DNA of 64,000 nucleotides from Sedimentisphaerales bacterium (GTDB taxonomy: Bacteria; Planctomycetota; Phycisphaerae; Sedimentisphaerales; SM23-30), in NCBI GenBank assembly GCA_963663805.2, contig CAXXMR010000009.1, positions 320,001 through 384,000 of the forward strand, written 5' to 3'. Below, piece by piece: positions 41,270 to 52,142 of this stretch (position 1 is its first letter; every line of letters begins with the position of its first letter). The notes beneath the pieces are model-generated. The model saw only the letters and a program-made list of their open reading frames with translations, had not been told where the DNA came from and did not search any database. Position numbers and translations under genes: made by a program.

Positions 41270-42103
41270 ATGGTTCGGAAAAAAGTGTTTCTCTGGCTGT
41301 TGGTTACAGCGATGACGTCGGTGGTGTTCTGCGGCTGTGTGACCAATCCGGTTACGGGTCGTGAGGAGCTGATGCTGATATCGACCGAGCAGGAAATCGC
41401 TATGGGTGATGATGCTGCTCTGGAAGCCGAGAAGGAATATGGCGGGCTTTACGATAATTCCGAAGTTCAGTATTATGTCCAGCGGATAGGCAATAAGCTG
41501 GCGGGGGTATCCGACCGGAAGATGCCTTATAAGTTTGCGGTGCTGGACAGTAAGATTGCCAACGCTTTTGCGTTGCCGGGTGGTCGGATTTATATTACGA
41601 CAACGCTTATGCGTGAAATGGGCAGTTCGGAAGAGTTGGCCGCGGTTCTGGGGCATGAGATAGGCCATGTCGCTGCTTTACATCATGGGCGGATGCTGAC
41701 GCGGCAGTTGGGGGCGGCGGTACTGGTGGCGCTTGCGGCCGAAGCCGGCGGTGCTGATAATGGCGAAAACGCGGGCCGGGCGACCCAAATCGCTGCGGCG
41801 ATGCTGAATTTGAAATATGGCCGGGATGAGGAATATCAGGCGGATACTTTGGGGATACGTTATCTTTCGCGAGCGGGCTATAATCCCTGGGCGATGGTTA
41901 CGATGCTGGAAAAGTTGGATTCTCTTAACAAGAGTGAGCCGGGTTTCCTGGGCGATTTATTGAGTACGCATCCTCTGACCATCCGGCGGATTCAGGAAGC
42001 TCGCGATACAACTCGTTATAATTATGCGGGTTATCCGGAAACAACCCAGGATCCGGACGCGACGGAGTTTGGCAAGATTCTGAAAATTATTAAGAGCAAA
42101 TAA
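41270..42103 (+). CDS. M48 family zinc metalloprotease, lipoprotein
   Basis: FCGC lipobox + VTNPVTG; NAFALPGG; ELAAVLGHEIGH; EYQAD; STHP. Confidence 0.93.
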   Translation: MVRKKVFLWLLVTAMTSVVFCGCVTNPVTGREELMLISTEQEIAMGDDAALEAEKEYGGLYDNSEVQYYVQRIGNKLAGVSDRKMPYKFAVLDSKIANAFALPGGRIYITTTLMREMGSSEELAAVLGHEIGHVAALHHGRMLTRQLGAAVLVALAAEAGGADNGENAGRATQIAAAMLNLKYGRDEEYQADTLGIRYLSRAGYNPWAMVTMLEKLDSLNKSEPGFLGDLLSTHPLTIRRIQEARDTTRYNYAGYPETTQDPDATEFGKILKIIKSK

Positions 42104-42121
42104 GTTAGACGGAGCGAGTTT

Positions 42122-43090
42122 TTGGCGATATTGGTTGGGATAGATGAAGCGGGATATGGGCCTATCATGGGGCCTTTGGTGGTTTCGGCGGCGGCGATTT
42201 CTTTGCCGGATGAGCTGCTGGGCGGTGATTTGTGGGATTCGCTGAGGGGGGCGGTGGCACGGAATCGCAAAGGGGCGTCGGGGCGGCTGCTAATCAATGA
42301 CAGTAAGAAACTTCATCAGGGGCTGGGTGATTATAAGCATTTGCAGCGAGGGGTGTTAGGTTTTTTGAAGGCGGCGGGTAAGCAACTGCCAGAGACTCTG
42401 GGTGATTTGCTGGGGATGCTCAAGGCGTTGGAAGTTGAGAGGCTGGGTGGATATCCGTGGTATGAGACGGGGACGGCGGAGCGGAAGCTGGGATATGACC
42501 GTCAGGACATAACTCTGGCGGGTGCGGGCCTTTCCAGTGAACTGGCAAAGCAGGGGGGGCGAGCTTTGGGGATTTCTTCTACGGTGCTTCTGGCAAAAGA
42601 ATATAATCAGCTGGTAGCGGTTACGAATAACAAGGCTGCGGTGCTGTTTAATCTGGCGATAGGTTATATTGACAAGGCTTATCGTAAATATGGGAGGAAT
42701 AATAATTTGCAGATAGTGGTGGATAAGCAGGGGGGACGCAGTCATTATCGTGAGCATTTGCAGAAGATGTTTCCGGGGTTGAAAATGAAGATACTGAAGG
42801 AGCGGGATGATGTAAGCAGTTATCAACTGGGTGATGAAGGTCGGGGATTTAAGATTCATTTTCTGGCGAAGGGGGACAGCAAGCAGATGCCGATAGCGTT
42901 GGCGTCGATGGCTAGTAAGTATCTGCGGGAACTGATGATGGAGTCTTTGAATGTTTTTTTTGCGGATGTTTGTCCAGGGATAAAACCCACGGCGGGTTAT
43001 TATCAGGACGGCAAACGTTTTTTGGATGAGCTGACGGCGGCGGGGCTGTTGGCGCAGGAGTGGGAGGAGTTGCTGGTTCGGCAGCGATAA
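42122..43090 (+). CDS. Ribonuclease HII-like protein
   Basis: GIDEAGYGPIMGPLVV, NDSKKL, VDKQGGR, KGD...IALASM.SK..R, GY. Confidence 0.8.
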   Translation: MAILVGIDEAGYGPIMGPLVVSAAAISLPDELLGGDLWDSLRGAVARNRKGASGRLLINDSKKLHQGLGDYKHLQRGVLGFLKAAGKQLPETLGDLLGMLKALEVERLGGYPWYETGTAERKLGYDRQDITLAGAGLSSELAKQGGRALGISSTVLLAKEYNQLVAVTNNKAAVLFNLAIGYIDKAYRKYGRNNNLQIVVDKQGGRSHYREHLQKMFPGLKMKILKERDDVSSYQLGDEGRGFKIHFLAKGDSKQMPIALASMASKYLRELMMESLNVFFADVCPGIKPTAGYYQDGKRFLDELTAAGLLAQEWEELLVRQR

Positions 43091-43110
43091 TCAGGGCATA
43101 CTTTAGATGA

Positions 43111-43138
43111 GAAAAAAGACGCTGCGTCGTTTTTTTCT
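43111..43138. terminator. Probable bidirectional terminator
   Basis: aaaaaa-gacg-ctg-cgtc-g-tttttttt between convergent genes. Confidence 0.55.
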
Positions 43139-43176
43139 AATTTTATATTTTTGTTGTAAGTTTTTTATGTTTAAGA

Positions 43177-43233
43177 ATTTAATGCAATTTGATTTAATTT
43201 AAAATTCGTGTCAAAAATCAAATTGCATTAAAT
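43177..43233. repeat. Perfect 19-bp AT-rich inverted repeat with 19-bp spacer
   Basis: atttaatgcaatttgattt (43177-43195) / aaatcaaattgcattaaat (43215-43233). Confidence 0.85.
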
Positions 43234-43332
43234 CAGGTATGCCAAATTGCCATTTTGCAAAAGTTTTAGTTATTATAATCTTCGCGATTGTTATTGTGCC
43301 ATGCCTGATGCCGTGACGATAGATTTACGCAA

Positions 43333-44010
43333 TCACCTGGGGTATTCATTGCAGAGGTAGTGGTTGGGCTTTTCGTCCTCCTGGATTTCGGAGAAACGGG
43401 CACTAGGGGTGAGAAAGACGTTATCGTTGATGTCGTCACAAACGGTGCCGATTTCGCCGGAAAGGGTCATGCCGGTTCCTTCCTCGCTCCAGAATTCGTG
43501 GATGATACCGGCGGGGATGAGTATGCTTTCTCCGGGTTTGAGGCGGATGGTCTGGTCAGGGCAGAATGGTGTCTTAATGCCGTTTACGCTCAGGGTGAAG
43601 GGCTCATCAGATTTTTGGCCTTGGGGGTTGGACTTTGAGACCTGGACGATAATGTTGCCGCCGCCGCGGTTGATGATGTCTTCGGTTTTTTTGTTGTGAT
43701 AGTGTATGGGGGCGGCTTGATTTTCCTCTATGAAGATGAATTTCTCGGAATAGGGTCGGGGCACATCAGGAAACGAGGCACTGCCGTTGCGGAGTGTGAA
43801 CAGAGTACGTCCGGTTTTGTAATAATCGTTCTGGCCGAAATCGGTGACGTCCCAGCCGAGCATGATCTTTCTGATTTCATCACATTCGGGGCCTTTGCTT
43901 TGCCAGTCCTGGATGGTCCAGAAGGCAAAGGGGGGCAGTTTGGCATTCATTTTATTGGCAAAAGCCTGGGCTTTTTCGATACAACTGTTGATTTTTGAGC
44001 GTTTCATCAT
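43333..44010 (-). CDS. D-lyxose/D-mannose family sugar isomerase (cupin)
   Basis: MKRSKIN, LPPFAFW, GWDVTDFG, LFTLRNG, P.HYH..K.EDIINRGGG, L.PGES...H.FW, L.NEY. Confidence 0.93.
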   Translation of the reverse strand: MMKRSKINSCIEKAQAFANKMNAKLPPFAFWTIQDWQSKGPECDEIRKIMLGWDVTDFGQNDYYKTGRTLFTLRNGSASFPDVPRPYSEKFIFIEENQAAPIHYHNKKTEDIINRGGGNIIVQVSKSNPQGQKSDEPFTLSVNGIKTPFCPDQTIRLKPGESILIPAGIIHEFWSEEGTGMTLSGEIGTVCDDINDNVFLTPSARFSEIQEDEKPNHYLCNEYPR

Positions 44011-44083
44011 TTTTAGGGCATTCCTAACTTCACTATTAACTGGAGTTTTACAAAAGTTTACTATTACGTTAAAATTATCGATA

Positions 44084-46558
44084 TTACCGCGTGGTTATTT
44101 CATATTCGACCAGCATTGCCGATCGGGGTCGCTGTAGTTCAAGTTCCATGCCATCCGACAAATTTTTACCGAGCAAAGTTTCAGAGAATTCTGGTCCTAT
44201 GGTTGAATTCAACTGATAGCTTTTGTCTGGGTCAAGGCCTCTAAGCTTTATTATCGACTTGACATAAGGTGATTCTTCTGGCCTAAGCACGATAAGGATT
44301 CCTTTGCCGGCCCTACTATCATTAAATTGCCATCCATCCCACTTTGTGAGATCTGTGGTATAATCGAATAAAGGATAATAATCCTTTAGCAGAAGATGGC
44401 GTATTTGTTTATATTTTTTAATCATTTCAACAGTCAAATCGATTTGCCGAAGGCCTTCTTTTCTGAAATCATGATTGAATCCCAGAGCCCCGGCAAACTG
44501 GCCGAGATAGTCATATTCAGATTCAAGCACATTTAAATTGCTGTTTAGATAATTGCCGGGCAGAAACAAATTTCCACCGGTCAAATGTGGCTTGGTGTGA
44601 TCGGCCCGTCCGGTCAGGTCGCTTTTCCAGAATGTATGGCTCCTCCTTATTGTTTCCAGGTCTATTCTACGTCCGCCGCCGGCACACCACTCGATTATCA
44701 TGTCCGGATGATTTTCCAAAAGTTTATCCAGTATGTTATATAAACCTTCTACATAGCGTATTTCTTTCAGGCCCCGCCGGTCAGGCATATTCTTACTTGC
44801 CGCAATCCAGGTATTAATCAGTTTGAAATTAAAATCAAATCGAATCCATTTCAACTCTAGTCGGCGTGCATAATCTCCAATCAGATCAATCACCCACTGC
44901 TGCGCATCGGGAATACTGAGGTCTAGAATCCAGACATTAATGGGATTGCCGTGATAAGAATAAGGCTGACCATCGACTGCCGGTATGAGCCATTCTTTAT
45001 GCTCAAAGGCTTCATAGTTCTTGTCCGTTACCCGTTCCGGCTCAAACCACAGGCCCATCTTCATGCCATTGTCTTTTATCGCTTGGGCGACCGGTTCCAG
45101 CCCGTTTGGGAATTTTTCAGGATTGACTCTCCAATCACCAACTTGCCAGAACGGTGTCATGAACCATCCGGCATCAACGCAAAAATATTCAATCCCCAAA
45201 TTTTTGGAAGCCATAACCTGGTCAATAAGATTCTGCTCATTTATATTATTCGTGAAGGTAAACCAGTGGTTCCATGATACGGGCGGCAATGGTCTGTCAT
45301 TGCCAATGTTGGGTGTGTACTTTTCGTATATGATGTTTCGCAGCGCGTTATGCCCGGCGAAATTATCCCCACTGTAATAGCCAATTAAAACGGAAGGCTG
45401 AGTTATTTTTTCGCCAGGCTTCAGGCCAAGATTCATCTGTTCCATTCCGGCACTAATTTGAATTCCATCTTGCCTCGCTTCAAAATCGGCCTGCCATTGA
45501 CCGGTCCAGCCCAAACCACAAAAAAGTCCTTCGTTATTCTTGCTTATAATCCATAACGGCAGGACCTTTCCCGACGATATGCCATGTTGTGCAGACAATG
45601 TCAGTTTGCCTTTGCCATCCCACAGACTTGGCAAAAAAGCCTTCGACGGAACTCCAGAAGAACCGCCTGTGGCATAATGCACCTTATAACTCCCTGCCAG
45701 GTCCAATCTCAACACCTGAACATTTTCAATGATTCCGCTTTGGGCTTTTCCCGTATTTTCAAAAACCAGATTTGCTTCCAGTGTTTTTCGATTTTTGCAA
45801 ATATCAAGCCCCCACTTTACCCTCAACCCACTGTCATGCTTCCAGACATGAACGTACCTTTTACCATCTGTACGGTTTGTTTTATTGACTTCATGCTTGC
45901 AGGTTTTGAGAAGTTCATCCGAACTTCTGCCGTCATATTTGAAGCAAAAAGGGATTTCTTTATTATTAAGCCAGTTGCTGCCATCAAGAAAAGCAGTCTC
46001 GCCGTCATTAAATTCTATTTTCGCCATCGCAATGTCCGCCTGATCATACCTGATACCATCATCCGCATCATCAATGATAATATTAAATCCGACTAAACCA
46101 CTAATGTCTGCGGCAAGTTCTACCGCCTCGTCTCCAGCCTTGCAAATACCTGTCTGCGCCAGCACATTACCTCTATCATCTTTTACAAAAAACCTTACGG
46201 TACCGAGATATCCTTTGGTATTTGAATTGTTATCAACGCCAACCAGTGCCGTGAATTTTTGGGCCTGCTTATTGAGTAAAATTTTTATATGGCCGTTGGC
46301 ATGCGATCCCAGGCCACGGTCGTAAGTTGTCTGGCCTATGCACAATGCCGTCAGGGTGTGACAGCTTCGGTTGATTTGCAAGGTGCCGTAATCTTGTTTG
46401 GCGCATTCCAGGGTGAAATACGTCTGCTGCTGGGTGTCTTCATTGCCGAAATCGGCAATATAATTCAACCATTGATTGAAATCCGCTTCGCTGCCAAAGG
46501 TAGATGTCGATATCAAGAGAACAGGTGCGACCAATAAAATTCCAAGTAATCTTTTCAT
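44084..46558 (-). CDS. Secreted GH36 alpha-galactosidase-like enzyme with NPCBM/CBM51 domain
   Basis: YDRGLGSHA...DQAD (NPCBM); SWNHW, FCVDAGWF, GDW..N.EKFP.GL, GLWFEPERV, IRFDFN, CAGGGRRID. Confidence 0.88.
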   Translation of the reverse strand: MKRLLGILLVAPVLLISTSTFGSEADFNQWLNYIADFGNEDTQQQTYFTLECAKQDYGTLQINRSCHTLTALCIGQTTYDRGLGSHANGHIKILLNKQAQKFTALVGVDNNSNTKGYLGTVRFFVKDDRGNVLAQTGICKAGDEAVELAADISGLVGFNIIIDDADDGIRYDQADIAMAKIEFNDGETAFLDGSNWLNNKEIPFCFKYDGRSSDELLKTCKHEVNKTNRTDGKRYVHVWKHDSGLRVKWGLDICKNRKTLEANLVFENTGKAQSGIIENVQVLRLDLAGSYKVHYATGGSSGVPSKAFLPSLWDGKGKLTLSAQHGISSGKVLPLWIISKNNEGLFCGLGWTGQWQADFEARQDGIQISAGMEQMNLGLKPGEKITQPSVLIGYYSGDNFAGHNALRNIIYEKYTPNIGNDRPLPPVSWNHWFTFTNNINEQNLIDQVMASKNLGIEYFCVDAGWFMTPFWQVGDWRVNPEKFPNGLEPVAQAIKDNGMKMGLWFEPERVTDKNYEAFEHKEWLIPAVDGQPYSYHGNPINVWILDLSIPDAQQWVIDLIGDYARRLELKWIRFDFNFKLINTWIAASKNMPDRRGLKEIRYVEGLYNILDKLLENHPDMIIEWCAGGGRRIDLETIRRSHTFWKSDLTGRADHTKPHLTGGNLFLPGNYLNSNLNVLESEYDYLGQFAGALGFNHDFRKEGLRQIDLTVEMIKKYKQIRHLLLKDYYPLFDYTTDLTKWDGWQFNDSRAGKGILIVLRPEESPYVKSIIKLRGLDPDKSYQLNSTIGPEFSETLLGKNLSDGMELELQRPRSAMLVEYEITTR

Positions 46559-46560
46559 AT

Positions 46561-48141
46561 TTATCCTTTTGGTTCTGGCAAATTATCTTTTTCCAGGGTG
46601 AAGATAGACAAATCGGTTATATCCTTTTTGTTGTACCATTTGAAGGCATAACCGAAAACCATAGCCAGGGCGAACAACTGGATGTTCAGGAGGGTTCCAA
46701 ACCAGAATTTGACCGGCAGATGCGGTGCTATAGTTGGGAACATTTCACGACCTGTTCCGGAATCGAGGAAGAGCCAGAGGCAGGCGGTTGCCACGGTTAC
46801 GATGGTAGCGGTGAGAGCTGCTTTGTTGCCGATTTTTCGGGTAATCAGGCCGAGCATGAACAAGGCGAACAGACCGGCGGTGATGACCTGTCCGAGAATT
46901 GCCTGGAGGTCCTGAACTGTTCTGGTGCGGGTGAAATGAATCAGCAGGGCCAGAGCAATCATGATGACTCCGAAGGCGACCGAGGCCCAGCGTCCGAACA
47001 CGAGATAGTGTTTTTCGTTTTTATCTTCGTTGTGGATTATGCGGTAGAAATCGTTGGTGGTGGTTGAGGCGCAGGCGTTGATGCTGGAATCGAGGCTGGA
47101 CGTTGCGGCGGCGATGAGACCGGCGATAACGAAACCAGCCAGACCTTGAGGTACTTGGGTGAGGACAAAATATGGAAGGATTTTTTCTGGTTCTCTGGCG
47201 ACATCGTCGATTAGCGGGTCGGCGTTGACTTTATAGAATACGTAAATCGCGGTGCCGATGAAGGTAAAATAGACCCAGACGGGGACAACGGTTATGAAAG
47301 AAACCAGCATGGCTTTTTTTGCTTCTTTGGCGGTTTTGGGGGCGATATAGCGCTGTACGGTGGTTTGCTCGGTACACCAGAGGCAGTTGAACAGGGCGGG
47401 CATGATGAGCATCCAGATGGTTTCTTTGTTGAATGAGAACTCGACGATTTCGTGGGGGATGAGTTTTCCGTCTGTTTGGGCTACTGACATAATCTGACTG
47501 AATCCGCCGGGCAAACTGGAAATAATTACGGGCAGGCAGATTAAACCTCCGATCATCAGAGCGATACCGTTGATTAAGTCGGTCCACATAACCGCTTCGA
47601 GTCCACCGGCGATGGTGTAGATGCCGACGGCGACTCCGAGAATGATGATGACCCATTCCATGGTTAATTTTGAGCCGAGGTCCGGTCCGAGCATGACGTG
47701 AACGGCCAGCGATACGGTATAGAGCACCAGTCCGAGCCGGGCCATTTGCATGAGGACATAGCCGATGGCGGCGTAGAGGCGGGCCCAGCGGCCGAACCTG
47801 CGTTCGAGATATTCGTAAGCGGAGTTCATATTGGACTTGCGGAAGATGGGCATGAATATGGTCATGCCGAGAATGATACTGACGATGAAGAGGAAGCTGT
47901 TGGGCAGATATCGCCAGTCTTTGACATAGGCAAATCCGGGTGAGGCCATGAAGGTCATGGAGCTGATGAGGGTTGCCATTAGAGAAAAGCCGACGACCCA
48001 GCCGGGCATTTTGCGACCGGCGAGGAAGTAGCTTTCTGCGGATTTACTGCGACGGGCACAGTAAATACCGATACCGATGCAGACCGCCAAAAAGCATAAA
48101 ATTACAACCAGGTCAAGTGGTCTTAGTACCGCACTTCCCAT
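46561..48141 (-). CDS. Sodium:solute symporter (SSS family)
   Basis: YFLAGRKMP, SAYEYLERRFG, YT..GGLEAV.WTD, Q..VQRY, SSLDSSIN. Confidence 0.95.
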   Translation of the reverse strand: MGSAVLRPLDLVVILCFLAVCIGIGIYCARRSKSAESYFLAGRKMPGWVVGFSLMATLISSMTFMASPGFAYVKDWRYLPNSFLFIVSIILGMTIFMPIFRKSNMNSAYEYLERRFGRWARLYAAIGYVLMQMARLGLVLYTVSLAVHVMLGPDLGSKLTMEWVIIILGVAVGIYTIAGGLEAVMWTDLINGIALMIGGLICLPVIISSLPGGFSQIMSVAQTDGKLIPHEIVEFSFNKETIWMLIMPALFNCLWCTEQTTVQRYIAPKTAKEAKKAMLVSFITVVPVWVYFTFIGTAIYVFYKVNADPLIDDVAREPEKILPYFVLTQVPQGLAGFVIAGLIAAATSSLDSSINACASTTTNDFYRIIHNEDKNEKHYLVFGRWASVAFGVIMIALALLIHFTRTRTVQDLQAILGQVITAGLFALFMLGLITRKIGNKAALTATIVTVATACLWLFLDSGTGREMFPTIAPHLPVKFWFGTLLNIQLFALAMVFGYAFKWYNKKDITDLSIFTLEKDNLPEPKG

Positions 48142-48165
48142 AAATTATTCCCTTCTGTCTAAAAA

Positions 48166-49323
48166 TTATTGGGCAATTCTCAAGGCACAAGGCTGGCCCG
48201 GGACGTCTATAATGATTCCTGTGTCAACAAGTCTAACCTGTTTAAGTTCGTAAATCCGCAGGCGTCTGCTTTCAAAGCTGCTGGTGACTACGTATTTTGA
48301 GTCTGGTGTGAATACGGCAGCCTGGCCGACGCGGTCGGTGTTGATAATTTGTACACCTTTGTATGTGTTGTTTACTTTTTGCAGCAGAAACAGTTGGCCG
48401 TGGTCTTTGCGCTGGGGGTCGTCGGGTTTTCTCATGCTGTAGCCCATACTGCTGACCACTGCCCATTGACCGTCGGGGCTGATGTCCAGTCCTTCCGAGA
48501 GCATTTCGGTCTGGATGGTATCGGTTACTTTAATTTCGTCACTGGAGATGTCGAGGACGGTCACGTTGTTTCCACCGACATTTGCGGCGATAGCGGTTTG
48601 ACCATCGGGGTTGATGTCTAGGCAGTAGGGGCCGGTGCCGACAGTGATTTTTTGAGTAACTTTAGTGGGGACACCTTTTTTGAGCTGGATTTTGATAACG
48701 GCGTTGTCCTGATTGAGGGTTGCCAGAGCGTATTTGTCGCCGGGAGCGATGACTACGTGGGATAAACTAGTTTCCGGTTCAGTAACCTTGACAGTTTTGG
48801 ATACAGTTACTTTCTTGTCGGTGATTTTCAGGGCGGTTATGGTGCCGTCATTTCTATTACATACCAGGGCGGTTTTGCCGTCTTGGGTGATTGATATGCC
48901 GGATGGTTTATTGCCTACGGTAAGGGTGTTGATGATGGTTTTTGTTTCGAGGTCGATGACGGTTACCCGGTTGTCGGTGAGCTGGCTGGTTTTATCTGTG
49001 GGGTTGATTTTCATTGAGGCTGAGACCAGGGCCAGTTTATTGTCAGGGGTAATAGCAACGCCGGTGGGGGGGCCGGTGACGCTGCAAGGCACATCGGCTA
49101 TATTGGTTTTTTGGGGCGGGAAGGTTGAGAAGTCCAGCACGGTTATATTGCCGATTTCCGGGTTAGCCATTACTTTGTCGGCGCTGTTAGCCAGGATGAA
49201 CTGCAATTCGTTTACCGAAATCAGGTAACTGCCGGCGGATTTAGTCGCCGCGATGTTTGAGGAATTGCAGGATGACAGAGTTAGACAGCTTAACGTCAGG
49301 AACAGAACAATTGATTTTTTCAT
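48166..49323 (-). CDS. YncE/YVTN-like beta-propeller lipoprotein
   Basis: LSSC lipobox; repeated P.G..I(T/S)PDG blades. Confidence 0.85.
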   Translation of the reverse strand: MKKSIVLFLTLSCLTLSSCNSSNIAATKSAGSYLISVNELQFILANSADKVMANPEIGNITVLDFSTFPPQKTNIADVPCSVTGPPTGVAITPDNKLALVSASMKINPTDKTSQLTDNRVTVIDLETKTIINTLTVGNKPSGISITQDGKTALVCNRNDGTITALKITDKKVTVSKTVKVTEPETSLSHVVIAPGDKYALATLNQDNAVIKIQLKKGVPTKVTQKITVGTGPYCLDINPDGQTAIAANVGGNNVTVLDISSDEIKVTDTIQTEMLSEGLDISPDGQWAVVSSMGYSMRKPDDPQRKDHGQLFLLQKVNNTYKGVQIINTDRVGQAAVFTPDSKYVVTSSFESRRLRIYELKQVRLVDTGIIIDVPGQPCALRIAQ

Positions 49324-49343
49324 TTTTCTGCCTCTCGTTAGAA

Positions 49344-50123
49344 TCAGGATTTGTTAATGGCTTTTTTGGTTATTGTCAGGGCTTCTTCGGCGGCACGGTT
49401 AAGAAATACGGTGTCCACTCCCAGAGCGATGAAAGTAAAACCATCGTTGATGGCTTTGGTGATACTTTCTTCGGTGGGTATTACCACGTGCAGGCCTGCT
49501 GATTTGCCGCAGCGGGCACAAGCATCGATTACTTTCTGACAACCTTGCTGAACGAGTGGGTCGGATGTCTGGCCGGGGATGCCGTAGGAGCCGCTTAAAT
49601 CATAAGGGCCGATGAAAACGCCGTCAACACCTTCAACAGCCAGAATCTCGTCGATGTTGTCGATAGCTTCTTTGCTCTCTATCATGACGACAACGGCGAT
49701 GTCGTCATTAGCTGTTTGGAGATAGCTGTCGAAATTATCGCCGTAATTATTCATGCGGGAGAAGCAGAAACCTCTGACGCCCTGAGGCGGGTATTTCGCG
49801 GCAGCGACGGCCTGGCGGGCTTCTTCGGCGGTACTTACCAGCGGGATGATTACTCCGCGGGCACCGGCGTCAAGAACCTGTCGAATGGCCAGGGTGTTGT
49901 TTTCCCGTACACGCACGAAAGGCTCCGGGCCGCGGCCGTACATGCCACGTGCGATATTGGTGAAGCCTTCAACGTCAATATCGGTATGTTCTGCGTCGGC
50001 GGCCATCCAGTCGAAATCGCTGCTGCTGAGAATCTCGGAGATCGCTGGATGACTGATTTGTATCCAGGTGCCCAGAGTGACTTTTCTTTCCAATAATGCT
50101 TTGCGAACGGGATTTTGGGTCAT
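49344..50123 (-). CDS. HpcH/HpaI-family class II pyruvate aldolase
   Basis: DAEH, VLDAGA.GV..P, KYPP.G.RG, MIES, FIGPYDLS. Confidence 0.93.
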   Translation of the reverse strand: MTQNPVRKALLERKVTLGTWIQISHPAISEILSSSDFDWMAADAEHTDIDVEGFTNIARGMYGRGPEPFVRVRENNTLAIRQVLDAGARGVIIPLVSTAEEARQAVAAAKYPPQGVRGFCFSRMNNYGDNFDSYLQTANDDIAVVVMIESKEAIDNIDEILAVEGVDGVFIGPYDLSGSYGIPGQTSDPLVQQGCQKVIDACARCGKSAGLHVVIPTEESITKAINDGFTFIALGVDTVFLNRAAEEALTITKKAINKS

Positions 50124-50147
50124 GGCATTGTTTTTCCTGATGTATGA

Positions 50148-51232
50148 TTAGCGGGCGATTTCGCGGGATTTTTCCCACGCGTTTGAAATATTCCTGTGCC
50201 TGCCATTGCGGGCCGATGTCGCTTACGGTTTTCTGGATAACTACCGACATGCGGTTGCCCAGATTCAAGCCGTTTTGGATGCGGGTTTCCAGCGGCAGGG
50301 TTTCATCTATTGTGCCGTCGGGCTGAATGCCCAGGAATCCGCCGATTATTCCTGCCGAGCAACTGTCTCCGGCACCGTAGCGGTCCAGAACGATGTATTC
50401 GAGAATATCGCCGACAACTACGGTCTTGCCGTTTATCAGAGCCACGGTGGTCCATTCGCCGCGTTCGTTGGTGATACGTTTGCGAACGGTCATGATGAGA
50501 ATCGGCACTTTCTGATTGAATTTCTTATCCAATGCTCGAAGGATTTCCTGACTGCACTTGACCAGTTCAGCCATGGGTTTGTCATCGTCGAAACCTTTAT
50601 CGACACCGAATACCACGCGGGCGTCTGTTTCGGTGGTTATCAGGGCATGGAACATTTCCTGCTCGACCATGTCTTCCAGTGCGTTTTGGGCTGCTTTGGG
50701 TGTCCAGAGTTTGTTACGATAGTTTACATCGATGAATACCGGCACCTTATTCTTTTTGGCTTCGGTGAGGCAGGCTTTGGTATTTTGGAGCAGGTTGTCG
50801 CTTAGGGCCGGGGTGATGCCGGATACGAATAAGGCGTTTGCGTCTTTAAGGGCAGCAAAATTAAATTCGCCGGGCTGGGCCTGAGCAAAAGCGGAAAACG
50901 ACCGATCGTAGCCGCCCTCGGCGGTGATGGGTCCTAAACCCTGTTCGACAAAGCACAGGCCGTTACGGTCAGAATCGGTCCCAGATTACATTATCCATAC
51001 CGATGGTGTATTTCTGCATGTCATAACGCAGCAGACGACCCATGAGGTCATCTTTCATTTTGGAGATAAACTCGGTCTTGATGCCTCTGGTTAATCCGCC
51101 TACCTTGCCGAGTACGTTCGCTTCGGAACCGCCGGCGCAGATTACCATGTCGTTTGAATCGCCCCAGGCGGCATAGCCCACCGGCCTGACCGCGCCCAAT
51201 ACTTCGCCAAATGCTACAATTTTCTTATTCAT
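50148..51232 (-). CDS. PfkB-family sugar kinase (KDG kinase-like); two apparent +1 frameshifts
   Basis: MNKKIVAFGE, GGSEANV, FVSGITPAL, IDVNYRNKLW, DRYGAGDS. Removing one base at 50980-50982 and one at 50169-50173 gives a single ORF ending KSREIAR*. Confidence 0.85.
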
Positions 51233-51245
51233 TTTACTACCCGTT

Positions 51246-52142
51246 TTACGCTGATGCTGTTTGCCAGGCCTGACAGACTGCCTGATAATATATTTCGAAA
51301 CATTCTTCGCTTGATTTGTCCGGCAGACGACGCATTTCGATACTGGCGGAACCTTTGTTTTCCTGGCCGAAATAGCCGCTTTGGATACCGAGGCGGAAAA
51401 TTTCGGCAATGTCGTCGACACCGTATACGCCGCCGGGTATACCCAGTCCGGGGTGTTTGTCGCCGAAGAAGGTTGAGTCTTTATCTGTGACGCAGTTGCC
51501 CAGATGGATATGTTCGAGAAAGGTTCCGGTATCGGCAACGGCTTGAGCAATGGTTTCGTGCATGAGTGGTACATGGCACATGTCTATCATGCTGGCCATA
51601 TTAGCACAGCCGGCGTCGCGAACACGTTGGCAAATTTCGATGGCCTCTTGGGACGAGCCAATCAGTTTGCATTTGCTCATGTCCCAGTCGGTCGGTTCAA
51701 TCATGACGGTCATTGACTCGGCACATTTACAAATTTCGATATAAAACTCGACCAGGTAATCTTTGCACTGGTCGCGATTTTTGATGTCGTTAGGGCCGGA
51801 ATTGGTAATGATTTTCTGGGCGTTACAAAGCTTGGCCCGTTCGAGTTCATCTTTGTACGTTTTGAGAGTATAGGCCCGATGTTCATTATCCGCTGCTGCC
51901 GGGGCCAGTGACCTTTGGCCGGCACGATTGCCCATGTTGTAATAGATGGTCTTGCCGGAATCCGCGATGGCGGCACAACATTCATCCTTGATGTCCCAGG
52001 GGAACCACATGTCGATGATGTCCAGTCGCGGCTCGGCCAGTACCGCTTTGACGGTGCGGAGGTGTTCGGCGGAATCTTTGATTACGTCGGCGTAGAGCAG
52101 ATGGTGGTTTATGCCCAGTCTGATGGAATCGTTAAAACTCAT
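51246..52142 (-). CDS. Sugar phosphate isomerase/epimerase (xylose isomerase-like TIM barrel)
   Basis: IEP.D, D..H, HIHLGN, GDKHP, E motifs; ATGA overlap with the upstream gene. Confidence 0.8.
   Translation of the reverse strand: MSFNDSIRLGINHHLLYADVIKDSAEHLRTVKAVLAEPRLDIIDMWFPWDIKDECCAAIADSGKTIYYNMGNRAGQRSLAPAAADNEHRAYTLKTYKDELERAKLCNAQKIITNSGPNDIKNRDQCKDYLVEFYIEICKCAESMTVMIEPTDWDMSKCKLIGSSQEAIEICQRVRDAGCANMASMIDMCHVPLMHETIAQAVADTGTFLEHIHLGNCVTDKDSTFFGDKHPGLGIPGGVYGVDDIAEIFRLGIQSGYFGQENKGSASIEMRRLPDKSSEECFEIYYQAVCQAWQTASA

Noticed and set aside
50969..51574. 201-aa ORF as annotated in the track
   Set aside because: Only its last ~87 residues (from ATG 51232) are the kinase N-terminus; the rest overlaps the isomerase gene out of frame.
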